From: an uncultured Thermoleophilia bacterium
GTDB taxonomy: Bacteria; Actinomycetota; Thermoleophilia; Gaiellales; Gaiellaceae
Direction of reading: 5' to 3'
Assembly (NCBI GenBank): GCA_963711785.1
Contig: CAVQFF010000008.1
Coordinates: 158,672-222,671 of the forward strand
DNA length: 64,000 bases
Below, piece by piece: positions 22,979-32,707 of the stretch. Each line of letters starts with the position of its first letter. Positions within the stretch are counted from its first letter, which is position 1. The translations under genes and the position numbers were made by a program. The notes under the pieces are model-generated. The model was given only the letters and a program-made list of their open reading frames with translations, searched no databases and was not told the origin of the DNA.

Positions 22979-25018
22979 TCAGCCGTGGATCGAGATGAGC
23001 AGCGGAATGATCAGGATCGCGACGATGTTCGTGATCTTGATCATCGGGTTGATCGCCGGGCCCGCTGTGTCCTTGTACGGATCGCCGACGGTGTCGCCGG
23101 TGACGGAGGCCGCGTGCGCCTCAGAGCCCTTGCCGCCGTAGGCACCGTCCTCGATCGACTTCTTCGCGTTGTCCCAGGCGCCACCGCCGGAGGTCATCGC
23201 AATCGCCAGGAAGAGGCCGGTGACGATCGTGCCGATCAGAAGGCCGCCGAGCATCTTGACGCTGATGATCCCGACCACGATCGGGAACCCGATCGGGATC
23301 AGCGCCGGCGCGAGCATCGACTTGATCGCCGACCCGGTGACGATGCTGACCGCGCGGCTGTAGTCGGGCTTCTCCGTGTAGTCCATGATCCCGGGGTGCT
23401 CGCGGAACTGCCGCCGCACCTCCTGCACGACCAGCCCTCCCACGCGTCCGACCGCCTGCATGGCAAGCGACGCGAAGAGGAACGGCATCAGGCCGCCGAG
23501 GAAGAGACCCGAGATCACCCAGGGGTCGGAGAGGGTGAAGATCGTCGGGAGCCCCTGGTCGGTGAGCCCAGTCGTGTACGAGTCGAACAGGATCAGCGCG
23601 GCCAGTGCGGCCGAGCCGATCGCGTAGCCCTTGGTCACGGCCTTGGTCGTGTTCCCGACGGCGTCGAGCGGGTCGGTGATCGCACGAACCCCCTCGGGGA
23701 GGTCTGCCATCTCAGCGATCCCGCCGGCGTTGTCGGTGACCGGGCCGTACGCGTCGAGCGCGACGATGAGACCGGTCATCGAGAGCTGCGCCATCACGGC
23801 GACGCCGATGCCGAACAGGCCGGCGAAGTGATGGGCCACGAGAATGCCGGCAACGAGCACGATCACAGGAGCAGCCGTGGCCTGCATGCCGATCGCGAGA
23901 CCTTCGATGATGTTCGTCGCATGTCCGGTCTGCGATGCCTTGGCGATCGCCTTGACCGGGTTCCAGCGCGTGCCGGTGTAGTACTCGGTGATGGCGACGA
24001 GCAGGAACGTGACGACGAGGCCGACGATCGCCGACAGGTACAGGTCGGTGAAGCCGTACCTGCCCGTGTCGAAGCCCATCGTGACCGGGATGAAGCCGAG
24101 GGCCGACAGGATCGTCGCGGCCAGCACCGCCTTGTAGAGCGCGTTGATGACCGCGTTGTCACCCTTGCCGAGCCGCGCGAAGAACGTGCCGAGCACGGAT
24201 GCGACCGCGGAGACGCCGCCGAGCGCGAGCGGGTAGAGATAGAGCTTCGCGTCCGGGAAGTGCGTGCCGAGGAGCATCACGGCAACGGCCGTCACGGCGT
24301 ACGTCTCGAACAGGTCGGCGGCCATGCCGGCGCAGTCGCCGACGTTGTCGCCGACGTTGTCGGCGATCACGGCCGCGTTCCGCGGATCGTCCTCGGGGAT
24401 CCCGGCCTCGAGCTTGCCGACGAGGTCGGCGCCGACGTCGGCGGCCTTCGTGAAGATGCCGCCGCCGAGCCGTGCGAACACGGAGATCAGCGAACCGCCG
24501 AATGCGAGCCCGACGAGGTCGTGAATCGCGGAGGTCGGTGAGTTGTTCAGCGCTGCGGTCAGGAACCAGTAGTACCCGGAGACGCCGGCGAGCCCCAGCC
24601 CGACGACGAGCAGTCCGGTCACGGAGCCTGCGCGGAAGGCAACATTCAGCGCCGGGGCGAGCCCGTTGCGGGCGGCCTCGGCCGTGCGGGCGTTCGACCG
24701 CACGGCCACGTTCATGCCGATGAAGCCGGCGGCCGCCGAGAGCACGGCGCCGATGAGGAAACCGAAGGCGGTGCCCCAGCCGAGCTTGTCGTAGACGCCG
24801 AGCAGGATGAACGGCGCGATCGCGACGATCGCGATCGTCCTGTACTGCTTCTTCAGATACGCCGCGGCGCCCTCCTGGACGGCTGCGGAGATCTCCCGCA
24901 TCCGCTCGTTCCCGGCCGGCTGCTTGAGCAGCCACCAGATCAGGTACAGCCCGTACGCCACGGCCACGCCGGCACCGACGAGGCCGACGAGCACGGCGTG
25001 ATGCATGAACCAATCCAT
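22979..25018 (-). CDS. hppA: Membrane-bound H+-translocating pyrophosphatase, K+-independent type
   Basis: 679 aa with typical H+-PPase motifs ([39 protein letters not shown]). The [10 protein letters not shown] motif has Lys and Thr where K+-dependent enzymes have Ala and Gly. Confidence 0.95.
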   Translation of the reverse strand: MDWFMHHAVLVGLVGAGVAVAYGLYLIWWLLKQPAGNERMREISAAVQEGAAAYLKKQYRTIAIVAIAPFILLGVYDKLGWGTAFGFLIGAVLSAAAGFIGMNVAVRSNARTAEAARNGLAPALNVAFRAGSVTGLLVVGLGLAGVSGYYWFLTAALNNSPTSAIHDLVGLAFGGSLISVFARLGGGIFTKAADVGADLVGKLEAGIPEDDPRNAAVIADNVGDNVGDCAGMAADLFETYAVTAVAVMLLGTHFPDAKLYLYPLALGGVSAVASVLGTFFARLGKGDNAVINALYKAVLAATILSALGFIPVTMGFDTGRYGFTDLYLSAIVGLVVTFLLVAITEYYTGTRWNPVKAIAKASQTGHATNIIEGLAIGMQATAAPVIVLVAGILVAHHFAGLFGIGVAVMAQLSMTGLIVALDAYGPVTDNAGGIAEMADLPEGVRAITDPLDAVGNTTKAVTKGYAIGSAALAALILFDSYTTGLTDQGLPTIFTLSDPWVISGLFLGGLMPFLFASLAMQAVGRVGGLVVQEVRRQFREHPGIMDYTEKPDYSRAVSIVTGSAIKSMLAPALIPIGFPIVVGIISVKMLGGLLIGTIVTGLFLAIAMTSGGGAWDNAKKSIEDGAYGGKGSEAHAASVTGDTVGDPYKDTAGPAINPMIKITNIVAILIIPLLISIHG

Positions 25019-25043
25019 CCGTTTCGCTCCCTCACAAAGTCAA

Positions 25044-25063
25044 GCGCCGAAGGGCTTCGGCGC
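25044..25063 (-). terminator. Hairpin with a T-rich tail between the DUF1844-like gene and hppA
   Basis: GCGCCGAAG-gg-CTTCGGCGC. On the minus strand it is followed by TTGACTTTGTG, then the hppA SD GAGGGAG. Confidence 0.5.
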
Positions 25064-25096
25064 GGGCGATTATGTATCACAAGCTCCGGGGGGAGC

Positions 25097-25366
25097 CTAA
25101 GGGTTGACGGCCTCCGAGTAGGCCACCTGCAGGCGCGCCAGGGCCAGTGCCAGGTCGTCGGCCAGCTCGCCCTCGAGCTGCGGAACGAGGGCCGCAAGGG
25201 CGTCGATCGCCTTGCGCGCCTCCGGGAAGTCCCTCCGCTCCAGCTTGGCGTAGGCCAGGCTCGCGATCGTCGAGGCGGCGGAGACGAGGAATTGCTCGAC
25301 GCTGAACGAGGCCAGCTGTTCCTGCAGGGCCTCGACGTCGATCTCTTCGTCTGGCTCGTCAGCCAT
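25097..25366 (-). CDS. Small acidic protein, DUF1844-like (89 aa)
   Basis: The start is taken at ATG 25366 (MADEPDEEIDVEAL...), which overlaps the upstream stop by 8 nt. FLVSAASTIASLAYAKL...ARKAIDALAALVPQLEG...ALARLQVAY resembles DUF1844, from memory. Confidence 0.55.
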   Translation of the reverse strand: MADEPDEEIDVEALQEQLASFSVEQFLVSAASTIASLAYAKLERRDFPEARKAIDALAALVPQLEGELADDLALALARLQVAYSEAVNP

Positions 25367-26528
25367 CGGATCTCGACCCGGCCGGCTCTCCCACCCGCAC
25401 CTGCTCGGAATAGATCTCCTCCAGCGAGGCGCCCTCGTCGAACCGGGCGATCTGGCGCTCGGCGGCATTCCGAGCAGGCAGGTTCAGGAAGGCCGCCGCG
25501 CCGATCTCACTCGCGACCGGCGCCACCCAGTCGAGCAGCTGTTCGATTCTCGCTCGCGCGTGCACCTGCTCACCACGATCGAAGTCGAGCAGCTCGCCGG
25601 ACAGGCCGTACCGGATCGCCCGCCACATGTTCTCCTCCAGCAGGCGGTTCGGCAGGCTCGGCAACGCCTCTCCCTCGTCGATTGCGCGGGCACACCGGAC
25701 AGCCAGGCTGTAGCAGAACGCTGCGAGCGACTGCGCCTCCGCGAGATCCGGCTGGCCGTCCGCGATGCGGATCTCGATCGTGGGATACGCCAGGTGCGGC
25801 CGAACGCTCCACCAGATCTGCGTGTGCTCCGTGATCGAGCCGGTGCGATAGAGAAACGCGACGTAGTCCTCCCAGCCGCGCCAGTCGCCATAGGCGTCCG
25901 GGATGCCGCAGCGCGGGAACATGCGGGTGAAGACCTCGGTGCGCGCCGAGTGCAAGCCGGAGTTCACCGATTCGACGAACGGCGAGCTCGCCGAGAGCGC
26001 GAGCACCTCGGGCAGGAAGTTGCGCAGCGCGTCGTGTACCGCGATCGCGCGGTCCGCTCCGGCGATCCCCACGTGCACGTGTAGGCCGAAGGTGTTGTTG
26101 CGCCACACGACGTAGCGAAGCAGCTCGTCGTTTCGACGGTAATGCGGCGTGTCGATGATGCGCTGGTCCTGCCAGCGGCTCCACGGATGCGTCCCGGTGC
26201 CGCCGAGCGCAAGCTGCAGCTCGCGCGCAACGCCGTGGATCTGCGTGCGCCGTTCCTGCATGGCAGCCGCAGCCTCGCCGAAGCTCTCGCACCGGCCGGT
26301 TCGCACCTCGACCTCGGAGGCGATCAGCTCGCCGACGACGTTGGGTGCGAGCTCGGTCTCCTGCGCCGCGGCATAGATCTCCTCGAAGCGATCGGTGAGC
26401 GCCAGCGTCTGCGAATCGAGCAGGGCGAACTCCTCCTCGACGGCCAGCGTGAAGTCGGTGCCGGCCTCGAAGTCGTCGCGGCTCTGCGCGATCAACTCTT
26501 GCCAGGAGACGCGTTGCTCGTCGCCCAT
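25359..26528 (-). CDS. Carboxylate-amine ligase, YbdK / glutamate-cysteine ligase family 2
   Basis: 389 aa. TLAVEEEFALLD, ELIASEVEVRTG, GTGTHPWSRW, FGLHVHVG and IWWSVRPHLAYPTIEIRIADGQ are GCS2 hallmarks. Confidence 0.85.
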   Translation of the reverse strand: MGDEQRVSWQELIAQSRDDFEAGTDFTLAVEEEFALLDSQTLALTDRFEEIYAAAQETELAPNVVGELIASEVEVRTGRCESFGEAAAAMQERRTQIHGVARELQLALGGTGTHPWSRWQDQRIIDTPHYRRNDELLRYVVWRNNTFGLHVHVGIAGADRAIAVHDALRNFLPEVLALSASSPFVESVNSGLHSARTEVFTRMFPRCGIPDAYGDWRGWEDYVAFLYRTGSITEHTQIWWSVRPHLAYPTIEIRIADGQPDLAEAQSLAAFCYSLAVRCARAIDEGEALPSLPNRLLEENMWRAIRYGLSGELLDFDRGEQVHARARIEQLLDWVAPVASEIGAAAFLNLPARNAAERQIARFDEGASLEEIYSEQVRVGEPAGSRSDG

Positions 26529-26551
26529 TCGCGCAGAGGGTATCCGTGCGG

Positions 26552-27787
26552 CTAGATGGGAGCCAGCAGCCGCTCGGCGATGCTCCGCCAGGACCAGCGG
26601 TCGACGACCGCCTGCCGCGCCGCTCGCCGCAGCGTTTCGCGGTCCGCCGGAGAGAGCGCGAGGAGCTCGCGGAGCTTGCGCGCGAGGTCGGCGGCGTCAC
26701 CGGTCTCGAACGACGCAAGGCGGCGAAGGTGCTCGGGATACTCCTCCTCGAGCCCGGCCGCCACTTCGGCCAGCCCCGAGTGACGCGCGACGAGCGGCGG
26801 CGAGCCCGCTGCCGCGGCTTCGGCGGCGACCATTCCGAACGCCTCGGGGAAGATCGAAGGCACGACGGTCGCGTCGGCGAGCGGCAGCAGGTGAACCAGG
26901 TGACGGTGCTCCAACGGGCCGGTGAAGAGCACGCGCGGGGTCGCTGCCGCCTCGAGCACGGGGCGGTAGGGCCCGAAGCCGACGACGACGAGCCGCGCAT
27001 CGATTCCCTTCATCGCCTCGAGCAGCACCTGTACGCCCTTCTGCTCGATCAGCTTGCCGAAGTAGACGACGAGCGGCCCAGGCTCCCGCAGGAACACGTC
27101 GAACCGGTCTGCGTTGCCGTCGTCGGGCAGGCGCTCGTCGCCGCCGTTCGGCGGATCCGCGCGGGCCTCCGCCAGCAGGTCCGCGAGTGCATCGTCCCGG
27201 TCCTGCAGCCTGAACTCGTCGACGTCGACACCCGGCGGCACCTCGACAACCCGGTCCACGTGCCCGACGACATCCTCGAGCACCTCCCGAATGTGCTCCG
27301 ACCCGACGTAGGTCGCCTCGGCCTTCGCGAGCGCCGTTCTCGCCCACTCGCCGAGCTCGGGGCGGCCGCGCATCGAATACTCCAGCTCCGAGCCGTGCGC
27401 CTTGACACGGAACGGCGCACCGCTCGCCGCCCCCACCGGCCCGCCCATCAGCACGTGGTTGGCGAACACGAGGTCGGCGGGCAGAAGCTCCCGCAACGCA
27501 GCGGCGTTCGCCTCCACGTATGCGCATCGCTCGTCCTCGGTGAAGTCCTGGAGGAACTTCGGATTGAGGCCCTCGTAGCGGTCCATGACGAAGGTCGGCA
27601 GCAGACCGCCCGGCAGGTCGACCGCGACCGTCCGCGCGCCGCCGAGGTCGTACTGCTCGGGCGCCCGCTCTTGCGAGACAACGACGACGTCATGCCCGGC
27701 GCGGCTCCACTCGCGCGCCAGCGCGCGGGAGTACACATTCGACCCGGTCCCTCCGAGCAGGTACCCGTGCCAGAGCAGGATCCGCAT
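26552..27787 (-). CDS. Glycosyltransferase family 4
   Basis: The start is taken at ATG 27787 (MRILLWHGYLLGGTGSNVY). The C-terminal GT1 motif is VVPSIFPEAFGMVAAEAAAAGSPPLVARHSGLAEV. The track's N-terminal extension (MNLVRLRRIRFSG...) is translation of repeat copy B. Confidence 0.85.
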   Translation of the reverse strand: MRILLWHGYLLGGTGSNVYSRALAREWSRAGHDVVVVSQERAPEQYDLGGARTVAVDLPGGLLPTFVMDRYEGLNPKFLQDFTEDERCAYVEANAAALRELLPADLVFANHVLMGGPVGAASGAPFRVKAHGSELEYSMRGRPELGEWARTALAKAEATYVGSEHIREVLEDVVGHVDRVVEVPPGVDVDEFRLQDRDDALADLLAEARADPPNGGDERLPDDGNADRFDVFLREPGPLVVYFGKLIEQKGVQVLLEAMKGIDARLVVVGFGPYRPVLEAAATPRVLFTGPLEHRHLVHLLPLADATVVPSIFPEAFGMVAAEAAAAGSPPLVARHSGLAEVAAGLEEEYPEHLRRLASFETGDAADLARKLRELLALSPADRETLRRAARQAVVDRWSWRSIAERLLAPI

Positions 27788-27807
27788 CGACGAGACGCTA
27801 CTCGCAA

Positions 27808-27932
27808 GGCGACTACCACTGAACCTGATTCGGCGCAGCCGTACCAGGTTCACGAGTTTCGAACTGCCAATCGCCTCCCGAGAAACTCGCGAATCAGATT
27901 CGCAGAGCGAATCTGATTCGGTCGCAGTTCGG
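27808..27932 (-). repeat. Copy B (inverted) of the 125-nt three-hairpin repeat
   Basis: Its reverse complement aligns without gaps to 5215..5339. Its first hairpin is perfect (CGAATCAGATTCGC/tct/GCGAATCTGATTCG, 14 bp). It lies 10 nt after the rex stop and 20 nt before the glycosyltransferase start. Confidence 0.85.
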
Positions 27933-27942
27933 GAGAGACGGC

Positions 27943-28593
27943 CTACGCCAGGTGGAAATAGAGCGCGTGCAGGAGCTCGACCGCGGGGTTCGATGTGTGG
28001 ACGGTCACGTCGCTCGGGACGTCCAGCAGGCCTTCGGAGTAGTTGAAGATGATCCGCACGCCGGCGTCGACGAGATCGTCGGCCACCTTCTGGGCAGCTC
28101 CTGCGGGCACCGCGAGCACGCCGACGACGATGTTCTTGTCGCGGACGATGTCCTTGAGCCTGCGCTCGTCCTCGACGGTCGCACCACCGACGTCGGCGCC
28201 GATCACGTCGGGGCTCGAATCGAAGACCGCGGCGATGTTGATGCCGTGCTCGGCGAAGATCGGCGAGCTGGCAATCGCCTGGCCGAGCCGGCCGGCGCCA
28301 ACGAGCGCGATGTTGTGCTGCCCCTGTGTGCGGAGGATCTTGCGAATCTCGGAGAGCAGCGAGTCGATCGAGTAGCCGACACCCCGCTTGCCGAACTTCC
28401 CGAAATTCGAGAGATCGCGGCGAATCTGGGTGGCGTTGATGCTCGTGTAGTCGGCGATCTCCTGCGACGAGATGCGGTCCTTCCCCATCTTCTTGGACTG
28501 GGTCAGCACCTGCAGGTAGCGCGAAAGTCGAGCGGCGACCCCGACCGTGAGCCGGTCAGGAGCGTCGCCCGGAACGGGAGCTTGCAACATCAC
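27943..28593 (-). CDS. rex: Redox-sensing transcriptional repressor Rex
   Basis: RLSRYLQVL...ISSQEIADYTSINATQIRRDLSNFGKFGKRGVGY is a winged helix. IALVGAGRLGQAIA is a Rossmann motif. Confidence 0.9.
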   Translation of the reverse strand: MMLQAPVPGDAPDRLTVGVAARLSRYLQVLTQSKKMGKDRISSQEIADYTSINATQIRRDLSNFGKFGKRGVGYSIDSLLSEIRKILRTQGQHNIALVGAGRLGQAIASSPIFAEHGINIAAVFDSSPDVIGADVGGATVEDERRLKDIVRDKNIVVGVLAVPAGAAQKVADDLVDAGVRIIFNYSEGLLDVPSDVTVHTSNPAVELLHALYFHLA

Positions 28594-28632
28594 GAGCGCA
28601 TTGTGCCCAAGGCTCGCCTACACTCGTACGGT

Positions 28633-28658
28633 TGTCACAAACTAGGGCGTTTGTGACA
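28633..28658. promoter_or_regulatory. Inverted repeat TGTCACAAA-N8-TTTGTGACA upstream of rex (candidate Rex-type operator)
   Basis: 9-bp perfect arms containing TGTGA/TCACA half-sites, 40-65 nt upstream of the rex start. The repeat straddles the stop codon of the glutaredoxin-like gene. The spacing differs from the textbook TTGTGAA-N4-TTCACAA. Confidence 0.35.
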
Positions 28659-28986
28659 CTTTTCGGCGCAGAGCAGCCTCGTCGACGTAGTAGACGAACG
28701 CAAGCTCGCCGTCGATCTCGACGACCGGCAGCCATTCGCGGTAACGGCCCTCGAGCACGGCGTCGCCCGTGATGTCGATCGCCTCGTACGGCGCACCGAC
28801 ACGATCGAGCACGCCTCGAGCACGCTCGCAGAGCGAGCAGTCACGCCCGTGGTAAAAGGCGATCTCAGGGATAGAGGCCGCGGGTGATGGTCGCTTCGGC
28901 GACGCGCTGAACGGCGAGACCGTACGCGGCCATCCGCATCGAGACCTTGCGGTCGGTGTAGGTCGCCCACGTCTCGTCGAACGCAC
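28642..28986 (-). CDS. Glutaredoxin-like (DUF836/thioredoxin-fold) protein; start codon unresolved
   Basis: The conserved part begins about 28857: EIAFYHGRDCSLCERARGVLDRVGAPYEAIDITGD...WLPVVEIDGE, with a CxxC motif. There is no ATG, GTG or TTG in frame between the gdh stop (28865) and this motif. The only canonical start, at 28986, lies 120 nt inside gdh. Confidence 0.6.
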   Translation of the reverse strand: MRSTRRGRPTPTARSRCGWPRTVSPFSASPKRPSPAASIPEIAFYHGRDCSLCERARGVLDRVGAPYEAIDITGDAVLEGRYREWLPVVEIDGELAFVYYVDEAALRRKVSQTP

Positions 28987-30136
28987 GGCGGACGATCTCG
29001 TTCAGCCTGGCGTTGACCTCGTCTTCCTTCCAGAAGTACTCCTGCAGACCCTGGACCCACTCGAAATACGAGACGACAACGCCGCCCGCGTTCGCAAGAA
29101 CATCCGGCAGGATGAGGACGCCGTTCGACTCGAGAATGTCGTCGGCGGCGGGCGTGAGCGGCCCGTTCGCTCCCTCGACGACCACTTTCGCCTTCACCTC
29201 GGCGGCATTCTCCTCCGTCACGACCTGCTCGAGGGCGCAGGGAGCGAAGACGTCGCAGTCGAGAGTGATGAGCTCCTCGTTCGTGATGCGGTCGCCGCCC
29301 TTCAGCTCCGAGAGCGCGCCGCCCGAGCGCTTGTGCGCGAAGGCGGCCGCCACATCGACGCCGTTCGCGCTGTGCACACCGCCGGTCGAATCGGAGACCG
29401 CCACGACCCGGGCGCCGAGCTCGCCGACGAACTTGGCGAAGAACGAGCCCACGTTGCCGAAGCCCTGAACCGCAACGCTCACACTGTCCATCGATCGGCC
29501 CTGTTTCTCCAGGGCCGACTGCAGACAGAAGACGCCGCCCCGCGCTGTCGCCTCCTCGCGACCGAGCGACCCGCCGATCGCCAGCGGCTTGCCGGTCACC
29601 ACACCTAGCACCGAGTGGCCCTTGTTCATGGAATACGTGTCGAAGATCCAGGCCATCGTCGCGGCGTTCGTCCCGACGTCCGGCGCGGGGATGTCCTTCT
29701 CCGGGCCGATCTCGTTGATGATCTCGGACGTGTACCGGCGCGTCATGCGCTCGAGCTCGCCGCGAGACATCTTCTTCGGGTCGCAGCACACGCCGCCCTT
29801 CGCCCCGCCGAACGGAAGCCCCATCAGCGAGCACTTCCACGTCATCCACATGGCAAGCGCCTTGACCTCGTCGAGCGTGACGTCCGGGTGGTAGCGAATG
29901 CCGCCTTTCGAAGGCCCCCGCGAGACGTTGTGCGTGACGCGAAAGCCCTTGAACGCGCGAACGGAGCCGTCGTCGAGCGAGGTCGGGATCGACACCTCGA
30001 CGGCCTTCTTGCACTCCTGCAGGACGTTGACGAGCTGCTCGTCGATCCCGAATGTGTCGGCGACCTTGTGGAGCTGCTGTTGAGCCAGCCGGAACGGGTT
30101 CTCGCGCAGGTGGGACTCGGGGGCCACAGCGGCCAT
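28865..30136 (-). CDS. gdhA: Glutamate dehydrogenase
   Basis: 423 aa. KGGIRYHPDVTLDEVKALAMWMTWKCSLMGLPFGGAKGG and VAVQGFGNVGS match GDH. Confidence 0.95.
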   Translation of the reverse strand: MAAVAPESHLRENPFRLAQQQLHKVADTFGIDEQLVNVLQECKKAVEVSIPTSLDDGSVRAFKGFRVTHNVSRGPSKGGIRYHPDVTLDEVKALAMWMTWKCSLMGLPFGGAKGGVCCDPKKMSRGELERMTRRYTSEIINEIGPEKDIPAPDVGTNAATMAWIFDTYSMNKGHSVLGVVTGKPLAIGGSLGREEATARGGVFCLQSALEKQGRSMDSVSVAVQGFGNVGSFFAKFVGELGARVVAVSDSTGGVHSANGVDVAAAFAHKRSGGALSELKGGDRITNEELITLDCDVFAPCALEQVVTEENAAEVKAKVVVEGANGPLTPAADDILESNGVLILPDVLANAGGVVVSYFEWVQGLQEYFWKEDEVNARLNEIVRRAFDETWATYTDRKVSMRMAAYGLAVQRVAEATITRGLYP

Positions 30137-30148
30137 CGAGAGATCAGC

Positions 30149-32707
30149 CTACTCGACTTTGAAGGAGACCTGCGCGCGGTCCGGCTTCGCGTCGAGCGGC
30201 AAGGTCGGCCACGCCGCGAGGCGCAGTTCGTAGGAGCCCGCGTGCAACCTGGCGCTGGTCGGCCCGCGTCCAGTGATGCCGAAGCTGTACGAGCCGGGCA
30301 GCAGGTCTCGGAGGCGCGCCATCACGCCGAGGTACTTGCCGCTCGCCGAGTAGAGGAGGATGTCCAGGCGAGAGACGGCCTGGATCTGCAGGCCGCCGTC
30401 GTGCACCAGGCTGCCTGCCTGCACGCTCAGGATCGCGGGATCGGTGTCCGACGGCGGGAACGACGGCCGGTCGATGGAAACGGGGCCGAGCAGCGTTTCC
30501 GGGACTGCCCCGAAACCGAGCGCCCACGGGACCCGGAGCGGCTCGGAGCCTGCGGGTGCGATCTGCACCACCCCCGTGGCGATCCGGGCGGCCGGAGAGG
30601 CGGCCGCGCGCACGGTCACCTGGACGCGCGCGGCGCGACCGACGCGCAGCACGAGGTGGTTCGGGACCACGGTGGACCCGAGCGCCTCCGACTCACCGCC
30701 GGCGACAGCGCTGATCGACAATTGCAGAGCGCCTGGTCGAGACGTTGCGGATGACGAGCGTGCGGGTGGCATGCCAGTGAGCGCCCTGCCAGAGCCCGAA
30801 GCCGAGGGTCGTCGGCTGCGCGGCGACCTCGCCGACGCGCGGACGCGCCGAGCCGGAACGTCCCGGCGCCGACCGCGGTCGCAGGCGCACGTCCCGCCTG
30901 CGCGTATCCCACGAGGAGACTGTCGAGCGCAGGCCCGTCAAGCGCGGGCCGCATCTGGGCGAGGAGCGCCGCGCGCCCCGGCGACCGTCGCCGCCGCACC
31001 GCTCGTGCCGTTGACGGTGCCGTAGAGCGGGGAGCCGTCCGGCGCGGCTCCCGGCTCGGCCGTCGCCAGCGCGATCCCCGGCGCGGCGACGTTCGGCTTG
31101 ATCCCGCTGTCGAACGCCAGGCCCAGCGACGAGAAGCTCGCCACCTGCCCCCGCGCGGCGTTCGTGTCGACGTGCTCGGCACCGATCGCGATTCCGACGT
31201 CGAGGCCCGCACGCCGAGCAGCGAGCAGCTCGACCGCCGCCGCCGTGGGGATGACGACGACGGGCGCGGTCTCGTCCTTCGGCAACGCGCAGCGACCCGG
31301 GCGGGAGCGAGGCGCCGTAGAGCACGACCGCGGATGCGCCGGCACGTGAGGCTGCGAGCGCAGCTGCCTGCGGATCGGCGCCGGCCGGAAGGACCACCGC
31401 CCGGCCCGCGACGATGCTGAGCCCCTTCGCGTTGAAGTAATCGACGCTCTGCGATCCGGCCAGGCCTGTCGTCGAGCGGGGAGTGGCAACGCGAAGGCTC
31501 AGGGAATGGCGCGGCGCGACCGCGCCGAGCAGGGGCATTTGCTCGTCGAGGATCACGTCGAGGCCGCGGCGCAGGACCACCCGCACGTGCGGCAGTTCGG
31601 CTCGCGAGTCGGTGGCCCCACTGCGAGCGCGCCCGGGCGCGCCGGCGGGGCCGGCGATCGAACCGAACGTCGGCCCCGCGCTGCCGTCGTTGCCGGCGGG
31701 CGTGACGACGACGGTGTTCAGGTCGAGTGCTCCCTGGACGGCCTGAGCTTCCGGCCCGTCGGTGAACGCGGCGTACGGTTCGGCAACACCGAGCAGGGCA
31801 ACGCGCACGGCGTCGTGCGTGTCGCCGTCTTCCGTTCGGATCGACGGCTCGCTCGAGACCGGCGATCACCTGATCCGTACGGGCGAACACCACGTCGCGC
31901 CCGTCGGCCGCGGGCTGCCAGCCCGCGACGCGGATCGGCAGGACGGTCGCGCCCGGTGCGACGCCGTGCAGGCCGCCAGGGCCGCCGGAGCCGACGAGGA
32001 TGCCCGCCATCTCGGTGCCGTGGCGCTCGATCTGCGTCTGAATCCTGAGGATCCGGCCGGGCCACCGCGTCGTCACCGTGATCGACGATGTCGATGCCGG
32101 GGAGCACTCTGCCGCGCAGGTAGGGATGAGACTCGTCGACGCCGGTGTCGAGGAGCGCGATCGTGACGCCCCGCCCGTCGAAGCCCGGCAACTCGGCGGT
32201 GGGGCGATGCCCGCTCGACGGCCCGAATTCGCCGGATGCGAGCAGCCGCTCGGAGATGGAAGCGGGGAACGCAGCACGCACAGGGAACACCCCCGCAACC
32301 TCGGGCAACTGCCCGAGCAATGAGATGGCCCGCGGGTCGAGCGCGGCTGCGAAGCCGTCGATGACACGTGCGTACGTGTAGTCCGGCCGGACGATCACGC
32401 CGAGCGAGGCGAGCTTGGTCAGCACCTCCTGCTGCGCTGCGAACGCCTGAGTCGCCCACGACCGTTCCTGCGCCTCGGTCGCATAGCGCACGCGGGCGAG
32501 CCGGTCGGCCACGGACGGGGTGTTGAGCAGCACGATCGACCGCTGGCCGGCGAGCGTCGCGGCCCGCGGCTCGCCAACGAGCCCGAGCCAGCTCACCGCC
32601 GTCTGCCTGGTCGTCGTGTCGCGGCCGCGGGCGGCAACGGTCGCCCCGAGCAGAATCACCAGAGCAGCCGCTCCCAGCACTGCGGCGCTACGCCGTGGGA
32701 TGCGCAT
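30149..32707 (-). pseudogene. S8 (subtilisin-like) serine peptidase with I9 propeptide and PA domain, interrupted by six single-nt frameshifts
   Basis: Pieces lie in five track ORFs (31718..32746, 30616..32367, 30693..31808, 30938..31489, 30149..30772). They carry the signal peptide MRIPRRSAAVLGAAALV, the Asp motif IALLDTGVD, the His motif ERHGTEMAGIL, AVDPNG/DGDTHDAVRVALLG, TPAGNDG, the Ser motif NGTSGAAATVAGA/AALLAQMRP and a beta-rich C-terminal tail. Frame switches fall near 32041, 31830, 31289, 30972, 30838 and 30735. Total length is 2559 nt (3n). Confidence 0.8.

Noticed and set aside
30616-32367. 583-aa track ORF as a gene in its own right
   Set aside because: Only two short segments of it (around the His motif and after the Ser motif) are protein-like. 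The rest is Arg-rich out-of-frame reading of the frameshifted S8 peptidase.
30149-32707. Programmed ribosomal frameshifting as an explanation for the S8, kdpB and tsaB frame breaks
   Set aside because: I found no shared slippery heptamer or downstream structure at the sites. The sites lie in unrelated sequence contexts (TT, AA and GCGCG runs). Six programmed events in one gene would be unprecedented.
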